Positions 51,350 through 60,948 are shown, counted from the first letter of the stretch. The stretch is DNA of 64,000 nt from Candidatus Helarchaeota archaeon (GCA_019058315.1 JAHPZH010000001.1:1041432-1105431), one strand, 5' to 3'. Notes: generated by a model from the letters alone, not told the origin. A program made the numbers and translations.

Positions 51350-51522
51350 AATTGGAATTAAGAAATTTTTTAATTGATATAGATTATCTAAACTCCTCCC
51401 TACTTGATGACTATCTATATGTCTTAAATATTTTCTTTTAAATTTACTAAAAACAAATTTTGTATTAGTTTAAATATATCGGTTAAGATTAAAAATCAAA
51501 TAATTGTTTTTTTGGTGCTTTT

Positions 51523-51765
51523 ATGACTATAGATTTACAAGAAAATTTTCATAACAGTGTATTTAGAAATAAAATGAGGTATGGTAAATTAATTTGCCCT
51601 ATATGTGGGGAAGATATACAAAAAATTTCTAAAAGAAATCAATTTATCAATTCACCCGCAGGTATTTACTTAGTTTTCTCATCAAATCGATGCAAGATGA
51701 AATTCGTCTCACTAATAAATCAAGACAATTCAGAATTGAATATAAAGAAAATCCTTGAGGACTAA
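51523..51765 (+). CDS. Small protein with CPICG zinc-knuckle motif
   Basis: CPICGE..FSSNRC (TRASH/YHS-like, third Cys replaced by Ser). Confidence 0.6.
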   Translation: MTIDLQENFHNSVFRNKMRYGKLICPICGEDIQKISKRNQFINSPAGIYLVFSSNRCKMKFVSLINQDNSELNIKKILED

Positions 51766-51815
51766 TTTAATTTATATTTTGAATCCATAAGTTAATTCGG
51801 TAATGAATTCCCTGA

Positions 51816-52202
51816 TTAAATAATAAAAAGTTGTTCAATTAATTGCATAAAGGCGTTTAATTTCTTATTTTTTTCATCATTTTTTAAAAAATTAAGTAAG
51901 ATTTCTATTATTTTTATGATATCATAGTTAACAAAGCCTAATTGCTTCAGATCTTCTATTAAATTTGAAAATTTTAGTAACTCTTTCTGATTACCTAAAA
52001 ATGCTGGAGAAATTACTTTTGGTGTCCTAAGAAAGTCTTCAAAATCTTTAATATTAACAAAATCCGATAAATTTGAAATTGTCTCGCATAATTCTTTAAA
52101 TGTTTTGCGAAATCTGGGATTGAAATCATTAATATTTTCTTTGATAGATAATTTATAATATCTTTGAATTATTTTATGCAAAGGCACTATAGATTCTTTC
52201 AA
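51816..52202 (-). CDS. Hypothetical protein
   Basis: 128-aa ORF. Confidence 0.5.
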   Translation of the reverse strand: MKESIVPLHKIIQRYYKLSIKENINDFNPRFRKTFKELCETISNLSDFVNIKDFEDFLRTPKVISPAFLGNQKELLKFSNLIEDLKQLGFVNYDIIKIIEILLNFLKNDEKNKKLNAFMQLIEQLFII

Positions 52203-52292
52203 ACCAAAAAAACTTCCTTAATAAGATGATGATTTTTTTTGTTTGATTAATTTTTTAAATCTTGTTTCCTAAAAATCTTAAGGTGTAATTAA

Positions 52293-52580
52293 ATGAGCGA
52301 AGTCAAAGTTATAAAAGGCATGGCTGGAACAATAATGAACTATAGGCGTAGCCGACACACTCAACACACGAAACATATTTTGATTAAATTTGATGATTAT
52401 AATAATGATAAAGAAGCAGCTAAATTAATTGGTAGAGAAGTCGTTTGGGAAACTAAATCAGGTAAATTTATAAGAGGTAAAATTGTAGCAACTCATGGGA
52501 AAAAAGGTGTAGTCAGGGCTATTTTTAATAAAGGTTTGCCAGGTGAAGCCTTAGGAACCAAACTTAAAATTTGGAAATAA
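52293..52580 (+). CDS. rpl35ae: 50S ribosomal protein L35Ae
   Basis: NYRRSRHTQH, GKIVATHGKKGVVRAIF.KGLPGEALG. Confidence 0.93.
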   Translation: MSEVKVIKGMAGTIMNYRRSRHTQHTKHILIKFDDYNNDKEAAKLIGREVVWETKSGKFIRGKIVATHGKKGVVRAIFNKGLPGEALGTKLKIWK

Positions 52581-52812
52581 AAATTCCAATTAATATCCAT
52601 CTTTGGTATGTTTTAATTTCTAATTTTCAAATATTGAATAATATAAGAATATTTTTACTTATTATAACACAAAATTCAACTTACATAAACATTAATTGGT
52701 TAGGTTAAAATAAGAACATGTGGATTATATTTATAATTATTAACTATATGGTTGATAAATTAAGAATGCATTATTAGATAGAAATAAATTCAAATTTTTA
52801 CATAATAAAATC

Positions 52813-53637
52813 GTGAGAAAAATGAAAACAGTAGTTATTGATGATGTTGAACTTCGATTAGCTTATCCACTTGAAATAGATGTTCAATGGATTGGACAGA
52901 AAGATTTGTTGAATCAAGTTATTGCTGCATGGATGGTAGTGGATGAAAAGGATCTACCTTTGAATCCTAGATTATTAGGAAAGCCAGGAGTTGGCAAAAC
53001 CACTTTGGCAATTGCGGCTGCAAAAGCAATAAATCGGGATGCTTATATATATCAAGCTACAATGGACACAAGACCAGAGGATTTGATAATAACTCCCGTT
53101 ATAGCTTGCGATGGAAAAATATCTTATTATGCGTCACCTCTCGTAACTGCAATGATTACTGGTGGGGTTTGTATTCTAGATGAAGGAAATAGGATGAGTG
53201 AAAAATCTTGGGCTTCAATTGCGCCCTTATTGGATTATAGACGTTATGTCGAGTCAATAATTGCAGGTATAAAAATTAAGGCTAAGCGTGAATTTAGATT
53301 TGTTACAACTATGAACGAAGATGTAAGCACATATGAGATCCCTGAATATATTCATTCAAGACTTCAACCCCAAATAAAAATTGAATTTCCATCATGGGAA
53401 GATGAGAAAAAAATATTGAAATTTAATCTTCCTTTTTCAGATGAAGAAGTCTTAGACCTAGTAGTAAATTTTTTACAAAGTGCACATTCTGCAGATAGAC
53501 CTTATACAGTAAGGGACGGGATTAATATTGCTAGGTATATTGTAAAGATGGAAAAACAGAAAGGAAAACGCACAAATAAAATGATTACAATGGCGGTTGA
53601 ACAAATACTTGGAGAAGAAGCGTTACAATATTTGTAA
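52813..53637 (+). CDS. MoxR/CbbQ-like AAA+ ATPase
   Basis: GKPGVGKT, CILDEGNR, TTMN, SRL. Confidence 0.9.
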   Translation: MRKMKTVVIDDVELRLAYPLEIDVQWIGQKDLLNQVIAAWMVVDEKDLPLNPRLLGKPGVGKTTLAIAAAKAINRDAYIYQATMDTRPEDLIITPVIACDGKISYYASPLVTAMITGGVCILDEGNRMSEKSWASIAPLLDYRRYVESIIAGIKIKAKREFRFVTTMNEDVSTYEIPEYIHSRLQPQIKIEFPSWEDEKKILKFNLPFSDEEVLDLVVNFLQSAHSADRPYTVRDGINIARYIVKMEKQKGKRTNKMITMAVEQILGEEALQYL

Positions 53638-53652
53638 ATTTAAGTTGATATT

Positions 53653-55497
53653 ATGTTTCAATATCAAAATATATATGCAGTTCCTTCATTTCATTCAAAA
53701 ATTCAATTTGCTTGTGAAGTTAGGAGGCTATTTTTTAAAATCAACCCTGATGTAATTGCAGTTGAATTACCTGAGGGAGTGAGGGAAAAAGTAATAGAGG
53801 GGGTAAAACATCTTCCTTACATCTCTGTAGTAATGTATGAGGAGAGGAAAAAGAAAAAGTATGCTTATGTTCCAATTGATCCTGGGGACTCAATTATTGA
53901 AGCAATTAGATTAGGATTAGAATATAAAAAACCTCTTGAATTTATAGATTTGGATGTAAAAAATTATAGAAATAAGCAATTTACCTATGGTTTTGATGAT
54001 TATTCAATAACAAAAATTGGATTGGATAAGTACTATAGTCTATTATTACCTTTTCTTAAAAAAAGCAATTATGGAACTAAAGATTATCATAGAGAACTCT
54101 ACATGGTTAAAAACCTAAAAAAACTAATGAAGAAGTATAAAAATAAAAAATTATTATTAGTTTTAGGAATGGGGCACTGGGAACGAATAATAGGTCTATT
54201 AAAACGACCTAAAATTAAGAATATAGAGAGTTTAATTAAACGAGAAGAAGTAAAAATTTTCAATTTATCTCCAAATTCTTACATTCATGTTTTACGTGAA
54301 ATACCTTATGTCACTTATTTATATCAAACAACTCGTTCAGAAATAAAATCTCCAAAAGATTTTTTTGATAAATTAGAAGCATATAAAACACTTTATTTAA
54401 AAGCTAAAGATAATTATTTTAAAGCATATGGAGAGCCAATACATCTCCAAAAATTAAAAATACTCTTTCAATACTCTAGAAACTATGCACTCTTAGAAAA
54501 AAAACTAATTCCAGACTTATTTCATCTGGTTGTTTCCGCAAAAAATGTTGTTGACGATGATTATGCGGGTGAAGTATATGATTTGGCCTTAAGTTATTTA
54601 TTTTTTGATAAAAAACAAAAGTACCCAACTGTTGAAATAAGAAGAAATTTAGGAGAAGTAGATTCCAGAAAGGTGCAAATAAGAAGGCGTATTCCGGTTG
54701 AGAAAGAAGTTCATAGAAAAATTCCATTAAAAAGACGCCCAAAAGAGAAGTATGAAGGTGAATGGGAGAAAAAGTGGAAAGATAATTATCATGGAATTTA
54801 TTCATACCCTCCTGAAGATATAATTTTCGAAAATTATATGGATTATGTTCGCAAAAGAGCCATGAAAATACTAGTTGAGGACAAAATTAGAATTCATGAG
54901 TTCAAAACAAGTCTTATGGACGGAATTTCAATGAGAGATACAATCCGAAATTGGCATCTTGATCAAAAATTATATGTGAGAGAAGAAATTCCTCCTAAGG
55001 GGTCTATAGGACCTGTTGTTTTTATTTTTGAAGAGGATGACACTATGGATCGAGCATATTCATATAAATTAGATTGGATATCTGAACATGATAAGGAATC
55101 TGATTTATATTTGTATGCGACTGCCCCTGGTATTAATATTATAGGCCCTGGAATTTCTCGTGGAGAATATGGTGGGTTCACTTCAGTTTTTCCACCACTT
55201 GTAGACTCATATATTGATGATCCAGATTATTGGGATGAAATAGATAAGGTTCGAAATAATGCAGGAGAGTTACTACTCAGAGCTATTTTTCATGCAGAGG
55301 ATCATAAATATATCGTTTATGTAGCAAAAAAACCTCCTGATTCACACCTTAAATCATTAGCTCGCAAAAAAGGTTATTATGTTATCTATATTCCTATAAC
55401 TGAATTCAATCCAGTTGCATTAAAGAAGCTAAGAATTGTTCATTATTTGAACTCTAAAACTGTAAGAAAATATGCTAAAGATTACATCTTCCTTTAG
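53653..55497 (+). CDS. Hypothetical protein, partner of the AAA ATPase (TraB/TIKI-like N-terminus)
   Basis: PSFH..PDVIAVELP..FIDLD..RE..M..LGMGHW pattern; 15 bp after the ATPase. Confidence 0.7.
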   Translation: MFQYQNIYAVPSFHSKIQFACEVRRLFFKINPDVIAVELPEGVREKVIEGVKHLPYISVVMYEERKKKKYAYVPIDPGDSIIEAIRLGLEYKKPLEFIDLDVKNYRNKQFTYGFDDYSITKIGLDKYYSLLLPFLKKSNYGTKDYHRELYMVKNLKKLMKKYKNKKLLLVLGMGHWERIIGLLKRPKIKNIESLIKREEVKIFNLSPNSYIHVLREIPYVTYLYQTTRSEIKSPKDFFDKLEAYKTLYLKAKDNYFKAYGEPIHLQKLKILFQYSRNYALLEKKLIPDLFHLVVSAKNVVDDDYAGEVYDLALSYLFFDKKQKYPTVEIRRNLGEVDSRKVQIRRRIPVEKEVHRKIPLKRRPKEKYEGEWEKKWKDNYHGIYSYPPEDIIFENYMDYVRKRAMKILVEDKIRIHEFKTSLMDGISMRDTIRNWHLDQKLYVREEIPPKGSIGPVVFIFEEDDTMDRAYSYKLDWISEHDKESDLYLYATAPGINIIGPGISRGEYGGFTSVFPPLVDSYIDDPDYWDEIDKVRNNAGELLLRAIFHAEDHKYIVYVAKKPPDSHLKSLARKKGYYVIYIPITEFNPVALKKLRIVHYLNSKTVRKYAKDYIFL

Positions 55498-55617
55498 ATT
55501 AGATTTTAACCACTCTTTAAGGTATATTATTTTATTATTATATTTTCCAAAATATAAATAACACAAAAATTTCATTATATTTTTTAATATCCAATAAATT
55601 TAACTAAAGTTGTCCTT

Positions 55618-56718
55618 ATGGCAGAAAAAAATGTTCTTTTTGAGGAAATAAAAGATAGGATCAACAAAATAGTTCGAGGAAATCGATATATTATATCTGA
55701 ATTTGAAAAATTCAAAGGATCTATAGAAAATCTTCAAAAAAATATTCAAGATGTTTCTGATCCTGATAAATCTTTAGCAGAAATCAAAGATAAATTGGAT
55801 AGTCTTTCAGATTTGTTTAAATTAGGTAAAACTGTAAAAAATTTAAAACCAACTATTAATGAATTAAATGAGACTATGAAATCAATGAGTGAAATAAAGA
55901 AAACAGTAGATGATATTAAAAAAAGTGTAACTACCTTGGGGGATTTAAAATTACTTGCTTCTGAACTTAAAATGACAATGGCAGAAATTCGAGAAACTTC
56001 AAAAATAATGAAAATGGATGTAACTACTGCAGAAATTGAATTAGCTAAAATAAAACCAACTATTAAACCACCAACTATTAAACCAATAGAAAAAATAAGA
56101 CCGATTTCAAGTTCTAAATCAATAGAACAAAAAACCGTTAGTTCAGACCCCCTTACTAAAGGTCCTTTAAAAGCAAGTCCAATGTATAAAATAAAAAAAC
56201 CAGAATCAGTTACCGAAACCAAAGCTGAGTCAATTAAAACAGAACCAATCATAATAAAACCAACTACAGTGAAATCAATTAAATCAGAACCGACTATTAT
56301 AAAACCAATCACAATGAAATCAATTAAATCAGAACCGACTATTATAAAACCAATTACAATGAAATTAATTAAATCAGAACCGACTATTATAAAGCCAATC
56401 ATAAAAAATTCAAATAAAGTAGATAAAATTATAAAAGCACCTTCGAAAAAGAAAGGTATAACTCATCCGATTGTATTAGAAATTTTTCAACTAATAAAAC
56501 AACGAGCCCAGAGTGGGGAATCTGCAGAAGCGCTTTCCAAGCATATTGAGAATGCAAGAGACACGATTGCTAAAAGTTGGAAATGGCATCCTGCTTTATT
56601 GGAACTAGGGACATTCGCAAGGAAACTGAAGAAACTTCCTCCTAAAAACCCCCCATCACCCGATCTAATTAAAATTTTATTAGAAAAATTGGAAGAATGG
56701 AAAGCAAAAATGACCTAG
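55618..56718 (+). CDS. Coiled-coil protein with 15-aa tandem repeats and a small C-terminal helical domain
   Basis: IKSEPTIIKPITMKS repeats; C-terminal WHPALLEL..LLEKLEEWK. Confidence 0.75.
   Translation: MAEKNVLFEEIKDRINKIVRGNRYIISEFEKFKGSIENLQKNIQDVSDPDKSLAEIKDKLDSLSDLFKLGKTVKNLKPTINELNETMKSMSEIKKTVDDIKKSVTTLGDLKLLASELKMTMAEIRETSKIMKMDVTTAEIELAKIKPTIKPPTIKPIEKIRPISSSKSIEQKTVSSDPLTKGPLKASPMYKIKKPESVTETKAESIKTEPIIIKPTTVKSIKSEPTIIKPITMKSIKSEPTIIKPITMKLIKSEPTIIKPIIKNSNKVDKIIKAPSKKKGITHPIVLEIFQLIKQRAQSGESAEALSKHIENARDTIAKSWKWHPALLELGTFARKLKKLPPKNPPSPDLIKILLEKLEEWKAKMT
56233..56400. repeat. Intragenic 45-bp tandem repeat, about 3.7 copies
   Basis: attaaa(a/t)cagaacc at 56233, 56278, 56323, 56368. 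Confidence 0.92.
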
Positions 56719-56836
56719 AATACAAGGTTTTAATACTATATCCTAGCTATCTAAAATGATAACAATATAAAAATAAGAAAATTAATTAGAAATCAAAAAT
56801 TTTAATAAATTAGTTAAAATATTTTAAAAATACGAT

Positions 56837-56944
56837 ATTCCCTAGACTCGATGAGGAGATTTAACGGCAAGGATGACTATTAGTAAAACTGATAGATATG
56901 AATTATTATAGTTACTCCGAGATACCTCTTCGAGAGGGAAAAAT
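56837..56944 (+). ncRNA. Candidate box C/D guide RNA enclosed by a bulge-helix-bulge (predicted EndA-excised 95-nt RNA, 56846-56940)
   Basis: Relatively GC-rich island in an AT-rich spacer; BHB att-ccct-AGA-ctcg / cgag-aggg-AAA-aat; C AGGATGA 56870-76, D' CTGA 56889-92, C' GATATGA 56895-901, D CCGA 56917-20; D guide TTATAGTTACT antisense to LSU H69 AGUAACUAUAA. Confidence 0.7.
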
Positions 56945-57023
56945 TACATATTACCTTAATTTAAAAAGAGATTTAGTAACTTAATTTATAATTTTTGAAA
57001 AATAGTTAAAATATATTAATTTT

Positions 57024-57236
57024 TTATATCGATACATCTTTAGGCTTTAGGGTTTTTCGATTTTGGCTTTTAGCTTTTTCAATAGCGTTATCTAAAATCT
57101 TTTTTAAAGTGTTATTTAATGTCTTATTTAGAACTTCTGATGAAACATTACATCCCTTACTATTCACATATTTACGAATAGTTGATTTAATGATCATGCT
57201 TCCTAATTTTACCTTTTTAGTTTGTTTTTCAGCCAT
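57024..57236 (-). CDS. Short (alpha3-truncated) histone-fold protein
   Basis: MIIKSTIRKYV..VSSEV..AIEKAKSQNRKTLKPKD; RxTxxxxD motif. Confidence 0.8.
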   Translation of the reverse strand: MAEKQTKKVKLGSMIIKSTIRKYVNSKGCNVSSEVLNKTLNNTLKKILDNAIEKAKSQNRKTLKPKDVSI

Positions 57237-57330
57237 CCTAATCCACCCTTCAAACTTTAAGTTAATGTTAATGGTAAAAGCTAATTCTAATATCAGCTAA
57301 TTAGTTTTTCAACTAAAAAAGAATATTTTT

Positions 57331-57349
57331 AGTTCTATTTAACTTTTTA
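57331..57349 (-). promoter_or_regulatory. BRE/TATA-like promoter element upstream of histone gene 57024-57236
   Basis: Minus-strand TAAAAAGTTAAATAGAACT, identical to 57679-57697. Confidence 0.7.
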
Positions 57350-57395
57350 TGTTCTAAAATTTAAAAGTAAAAAATAAAAAGAAGAAAGATTTTAA

Positions 57396-57593
57396 TTACG
57401 TTGGTACGTCAGCGGGCTTAATTGTCTTTCTTTTTTTATCTTTAGCATTTTGAATTGAAGTATCAAGTAGTTTTTTTACAGCTTTATTCAAAGTTTTATT
57501 AAGAACTTCTGAAGCTATGTTACATTCTTGGGCATTAACATATTTACGGACGGCAGATTTTACAATTAAACTAGCTTCCTTTTCCTTTGACAT
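57396..57593 (-). CDS. Short (alpha3-truncated) histone-fold protein, paralog
   Basis: Start moved to ATG 57593 (GTGGATT upstream, as in the paralog); LIVKSAVRKYV..AKDKKRKTIKPAD. Confidence 0.8.
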   Translation of the reverse strand: MSKEKEASLIVKSAVRKYVNAQECNIASEVLNKTLNKAVKKLLDTSIQNAKDKKRKTIKPADVPT

Positions 57594-57678
57594 TTTAATC
57601 CACTCTATGTCTTTTATTATTATTGACAAAAATCCAATTATCTTAATTAAATTGCTTTATTTAAAAAAGAAAAAAATA

Positions 57679-57697
57679 AGTTCTATTTAACTTTTTA
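57679..57697 (-). promoter_or_regulatory. BRE/TATA-like promoter element upstream of histone gene 57396-57593
   Basis: Identical 19-bp copy at a similar distance from the ATG. Confidence 0.7.
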
Positions 57698-57770
57698 GTT
57701 TTATTGATGGAATAGAATATAATTGAATTATTCATGATAATTCTTATAGAGGAAAAAATGTGAGTTTTAT

Positions 57771-58466
57771 TTGAAAAATATATTTGAACATATAGAAAAA
57801 ATTGCAAATATCCCTAGTATTCATCCTGAAGAAAAAAAAGTCCGTAATTTTATTATAAATGTTTTAAATTCCATGAAACGAGATTTCAAAATAGATGAAT
57901 TTGGGAATCTTTATTTGTTATCACAAGATAATTTTAAAATTTTACTCTCATCACATATGGATAAACAAGCGCCCCCATTTTTTAAAGATCTTGGGAAATA
58001 TATTCAAGGTAAACTTGATGATGCAGTAGGAATTGGGATAATTTTGAGCCTTGCACAACATTATGATTTTCCTGCTCTTTTTAGTGTAGGTGAAGAAAAA
58101 GGTTTAAAAGGTTCAAAATACGCTCTGAATAATAATCTAATCCCAAAAGTTGAAAGTGCAATTGTAATAGATACAAGTCCCTTTGGAGAACTCGGGAATG
58201 GTCCGATATTTTATACTTCTTTCGATAATAAGCAGCCATTTAACAAATTCTTAAATGAGATTTTTAATTCAGCAAAATTAATCAATGTAAATCTTCAACC
58301 TATGGATGGTTCTATCAATGATGGAGTCAATTTAATTAAAGTAATATCGGATACAGTTGCTTTGGAACCTCATATTGATAATTATCATACATCAGAAGAA
58401 ATTTCTGCAAAGATAGATATAATTAACACATATAAAGTAATAGAGCAATATTTAAAGAAAATTTAA
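57771..58466 (+). CDS. M20/M28/M42-family zinc peptidase-like protein
   Basis: SSHMD, GKLDDAVG, VGEEKG, VID, NYHTSEE. Confidence 0.85.
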   Translation: MKNIFEHIEKIANIPSIHPEEKKVRNFIINVLNSMKRDFKIDEFGNLYLLSQDNFKILLSSHMDKQAPPFFKDLGKYIQGKLDDAVGIGIILSLAQHYDFPALFSVGEEKGLKGSKYALNNNLIPKVESAIVIDTSPFGELGNGPIFYTSFDNKQPFNKFLNEIFNSAKLINVNLQPMDGSINDGVNLIKVISDTVALEPHIDNYHTSEEISAKIDIINTYKVIEQYLKKI

Positions 58467-59983
58467 AAAAAAGAGTATAAATCTTTTTTAATCGGTCTAT
58501 CTACTTTATCTTTTATATCTTTTAACTGAATAGATTCACCCATTTTTGGCAAAATAATATTTTTAAATTTATTTCTAAACTTTTCTATCCCCTTAGTATG
58601 TATAGGAATTATATACTTTGGACTTAAAGATTCTATGGTCCTAAAAATTTCTTCCTCACTCATATGGCCTGAAGTGTGAAGATAATGATAATCAAGATTA
58701 AAAAATTTAATCCATTGAAGGTGTCTCTTGAAATCTATTGCTTGCTCTTCATTAAAAGGTTCAGTTTCTGAATGTATATAAATCCCATTTGATGGTTTTA
58801 AATCTATTAAATTTCCTAACCGAAAATAATCCATTACCATAATAAATTTATCTAAATTATCTTTAACTTCATCAAATTTAACTACATTAGGAAAGTTAAG
58901 GAAATCTCGTTCCCATTTTGAATATTCACTCCGCCTAAAGCTGCCCATCTTTTTAGGTTCTTGATAAATCCTTAAATTATTATCTTCAAGCTTAATTCCC
59001 ATATCGTCACTTAAATCGTAAATATGTTGTGCTAGTTTTAATGGAATTACTAATTTTCTGCCACTATTTTTTGCTACATCATAAAAAGTTTTTAGTCGAT
59101 CAAAATCTCTTAAACTAAAATCTATAAAGACAGGATTATTAGTCTCTTGTACTATTCTTAATGCTTTTTCTTTAAGTATTTGTTCAGAATTAATTTTTTC
59201 TTCTAATGTCTTCCCCATCAATTCTTCAATAAGATTTTTTAGGAAATCTTCCTCAGTTTCATTTCCCACATTTGTTCCTTCTATTATTAAAATATCGATA
59301 TCTCGTTCTTCTAGTTTTTTTAAAGATTGTTTCGTAAGATAACCTCTCACTCCATGTTGTCTTAAATCTCCTGTATACACTATATTCATATCGCTCGCTT
59401 CTATGATATAACCACCCGCACCCCAAACTGAATGGTCTAGATCAAAAAAATCTACCTTTATTGTTCCATTATATTTATCCCAAGTATTAAACTCTCTTGA
59501 ACATTCTTCCCATTGCGAATGATGAATATTAAAACCGTAAGGTCTTTTCTTTAAGGAACAGAATTCACTTTCTATTCCCCCTTTGGAAATGGTTTCATAG
59601 CTTTCAATTATTTTAATAGTTAATTCTGATGCAAAAATCGGGACATCTTCTCTTATAAAGGGAATATATCCAAAATGATCCATATGTGGATGTGTAATAA
59701 AAACCCCTTTTATATCGGATTCGCCCTGTTCATGACCAGTTGGGCTTATTAAATCATCTCGATAAAGATAAGGTAGATTAGGAATAAGATTAAAAAATAG
59801 ATAATCACCAATTCCCTTTGAACTACGAGGTTTCAAATATTCAGCAAAAAATTTTCTTCGGTCTTCATATGAAACGCCAAAATCAAAAAACAAAGATTCT
59901 TCTGAATCTTTAATTAAAATCTTATTTCCTCCAATTTGATTTATTCCACCATAAAGAACTATTTCTGAAGTTAATATCTCCAT
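58463..59983 (-). CDS. Metallo-beta-lactamase beta-CASP nuclease (RNase J-like)
   Basis: GG.NQIGGN, FDFG, THPHMDH, DHS, YTGD, IEGT, HTSGH, IPIH. Confidence 0.88.
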   Translation of the reverse strand: MEILTSEIVLYGGINQIGGNKILIKDSEESLFFDFGVSYEDRRKFFAEYLKPRSSKGIGDYLFFNLIPNLPYLYRDDLISPTGHEQGESDIKGVFITHPHMDHFGYIPFIREDVPIFASELTIKIIESYETISKGGIESEFCSLKKRPYGFNIHHSQWEECSREFNTWDKYNGTIKVDFFDLDHSVWGAGGYIIEASDMNIVYTGDLRQHGVRGYLTKQSLKKLEERDIDILIIEGTNVGNETEEDFLKNLIEELMGKTLEEKINSEQILKEKALRIVQETNNPVFIDFSLRDFDRLKTFYDVAKNSGRKLVIPLKLAQHIYDLSDDMGIKLEDNNLRIYQEPKKMGSFRRSEYSKWERDFLNFPNVVKFDEVKDNLDKFIMVMDYFRLGNLIDLKPSNGIYIHSETEPFNEEQAIDFKRHLQWIKFFNLDYHYLHTSGHMSEEEIFRTIESLSPKYIIPIHTKGIEKFRNKFKNIILPKMGESIQLKDIKDKVDRPIKKDLYSFF

Positions 59984-60075
59984 CTCCTTGAAAACGATGA
60001 ATATATCTATATTCTTATTAAAAACATTTTAATTTTTTTTACTTAATAAAATTAATAAAATTTCTGAGCATTACA

Positions 60076-60906
60076 TTATTCCTTCTTTTTTATACTAAAC
60101 CCCTTAAAAGTAGGAAATCTTGCATGTCCAGATTTTTTTGAAATTTCCATAAATTTTACTTTTGCGAAGAAATTTCCCCATCCATAAGCTTTAACTAATA
60201 AATCCAATAATTCTTTATTTTTAAAAGAGAGTAAACCAACATCTCCTATTCGGGTTTGGATACTACCATAAGAATTTTCAGTTGTTTCATTCCATCCAAG
60301 CACTTCAACCTCTAAAAATTCTTCTTTTTTTACTTTTAACCAATTTTCACTTCTGATAAATTCATAAATACTATTCAAATTTTTAACGATTATTCCTTCT
60401 CCGCCTTGAGAAGTGATTTCTTTAAAGAGTTCCTTCGGATTACCAGATACCCCTATAGTCTTAAGCATATCATTTTTCTTTACAATTTCTTCTAAAGTCA
60501 ATCTTCTCTCTTTTAAAGTTTTTTTTGTTAAGTCTTCTCCATCTAACCAAAGGATATCAAAGGCAATGTATGTTGCAGGATATCTTTTACTCATTAAATT
60601 AATCTTAAACTCATTTATTAGATGATCTCTAGTTGCCAATAAACCAAAATCGTTATTAACAATTAGTTCTCCATCCAATATGCATTCGTTACAATTTAGC
60701 CAATTTTTAATATCATTGAATTCTGGAAATTGAATTAATTTCTTATTTTTATTTCTGTTTACCATTATTATGTCATCTGAAACAAAAAATAAAATGCGAG
60801 CACCATCATATTTATTTTCAGCTATCCAATTTGAATCAAGCTTTTCAATTTCTTCTATTTTCAATGTTTTACATAACATAGGTGAAATTTGATTATAATC
60901 AAACAA
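60076..60906 (-). CDS. Minimal ATP-dependent DNA ligase (adenylation + short OB domain)
   Basis: PML, ENKYDGAR, LDGEL, AFDIL, EGIIVK, WLKVK, RFP.F. Confidence 0.92.
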   Translation of the reverse strand: MFDYNQISPMLCKTLKIEEIEKLDSNWIAENKYDGARILFFVSDDIIMVNRNKNKKLIQFPEFNDIKNWLNCNECILDGELIVNNDFGLLATRDHLINEFKINLMSKRYPATYIAFDILWLDGEDLTKKTLKERRLTLEEIVKKNDMLKTIGVSGNPKELFKEITSQGGEGIIVKNLNSIYEFIRSENWLKVKKEEFLEVEVLGWNETTENSYGSIQTRIGDVGLLSFKNKELLDLLVKAYGWGNFFAKVKFMEISKKSGHARFPTFKGFSIKKKE

Positions 60907-60948
60907 AATTATTCACTAATACAAAAAAATTATGAAAAAAAGGGAAAA

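Noticed and set aside
55746-56402. 218-aa hydrophobic repeat ORF on the - strand
   Set aside because: Antisense shadow of Lys/Ile-rich 55618-56718
56837-56948. SECIS element or H/ACA RNA as alternative readings of the hairpin
   Set aside because: Upstream gene ends in TAG and no in-frame UGA selenoprotein was seen; the ACA at 56946 lacks a clear pseudouridylation pocket; the C/D reading explains the boxes and the H69 complementarity better
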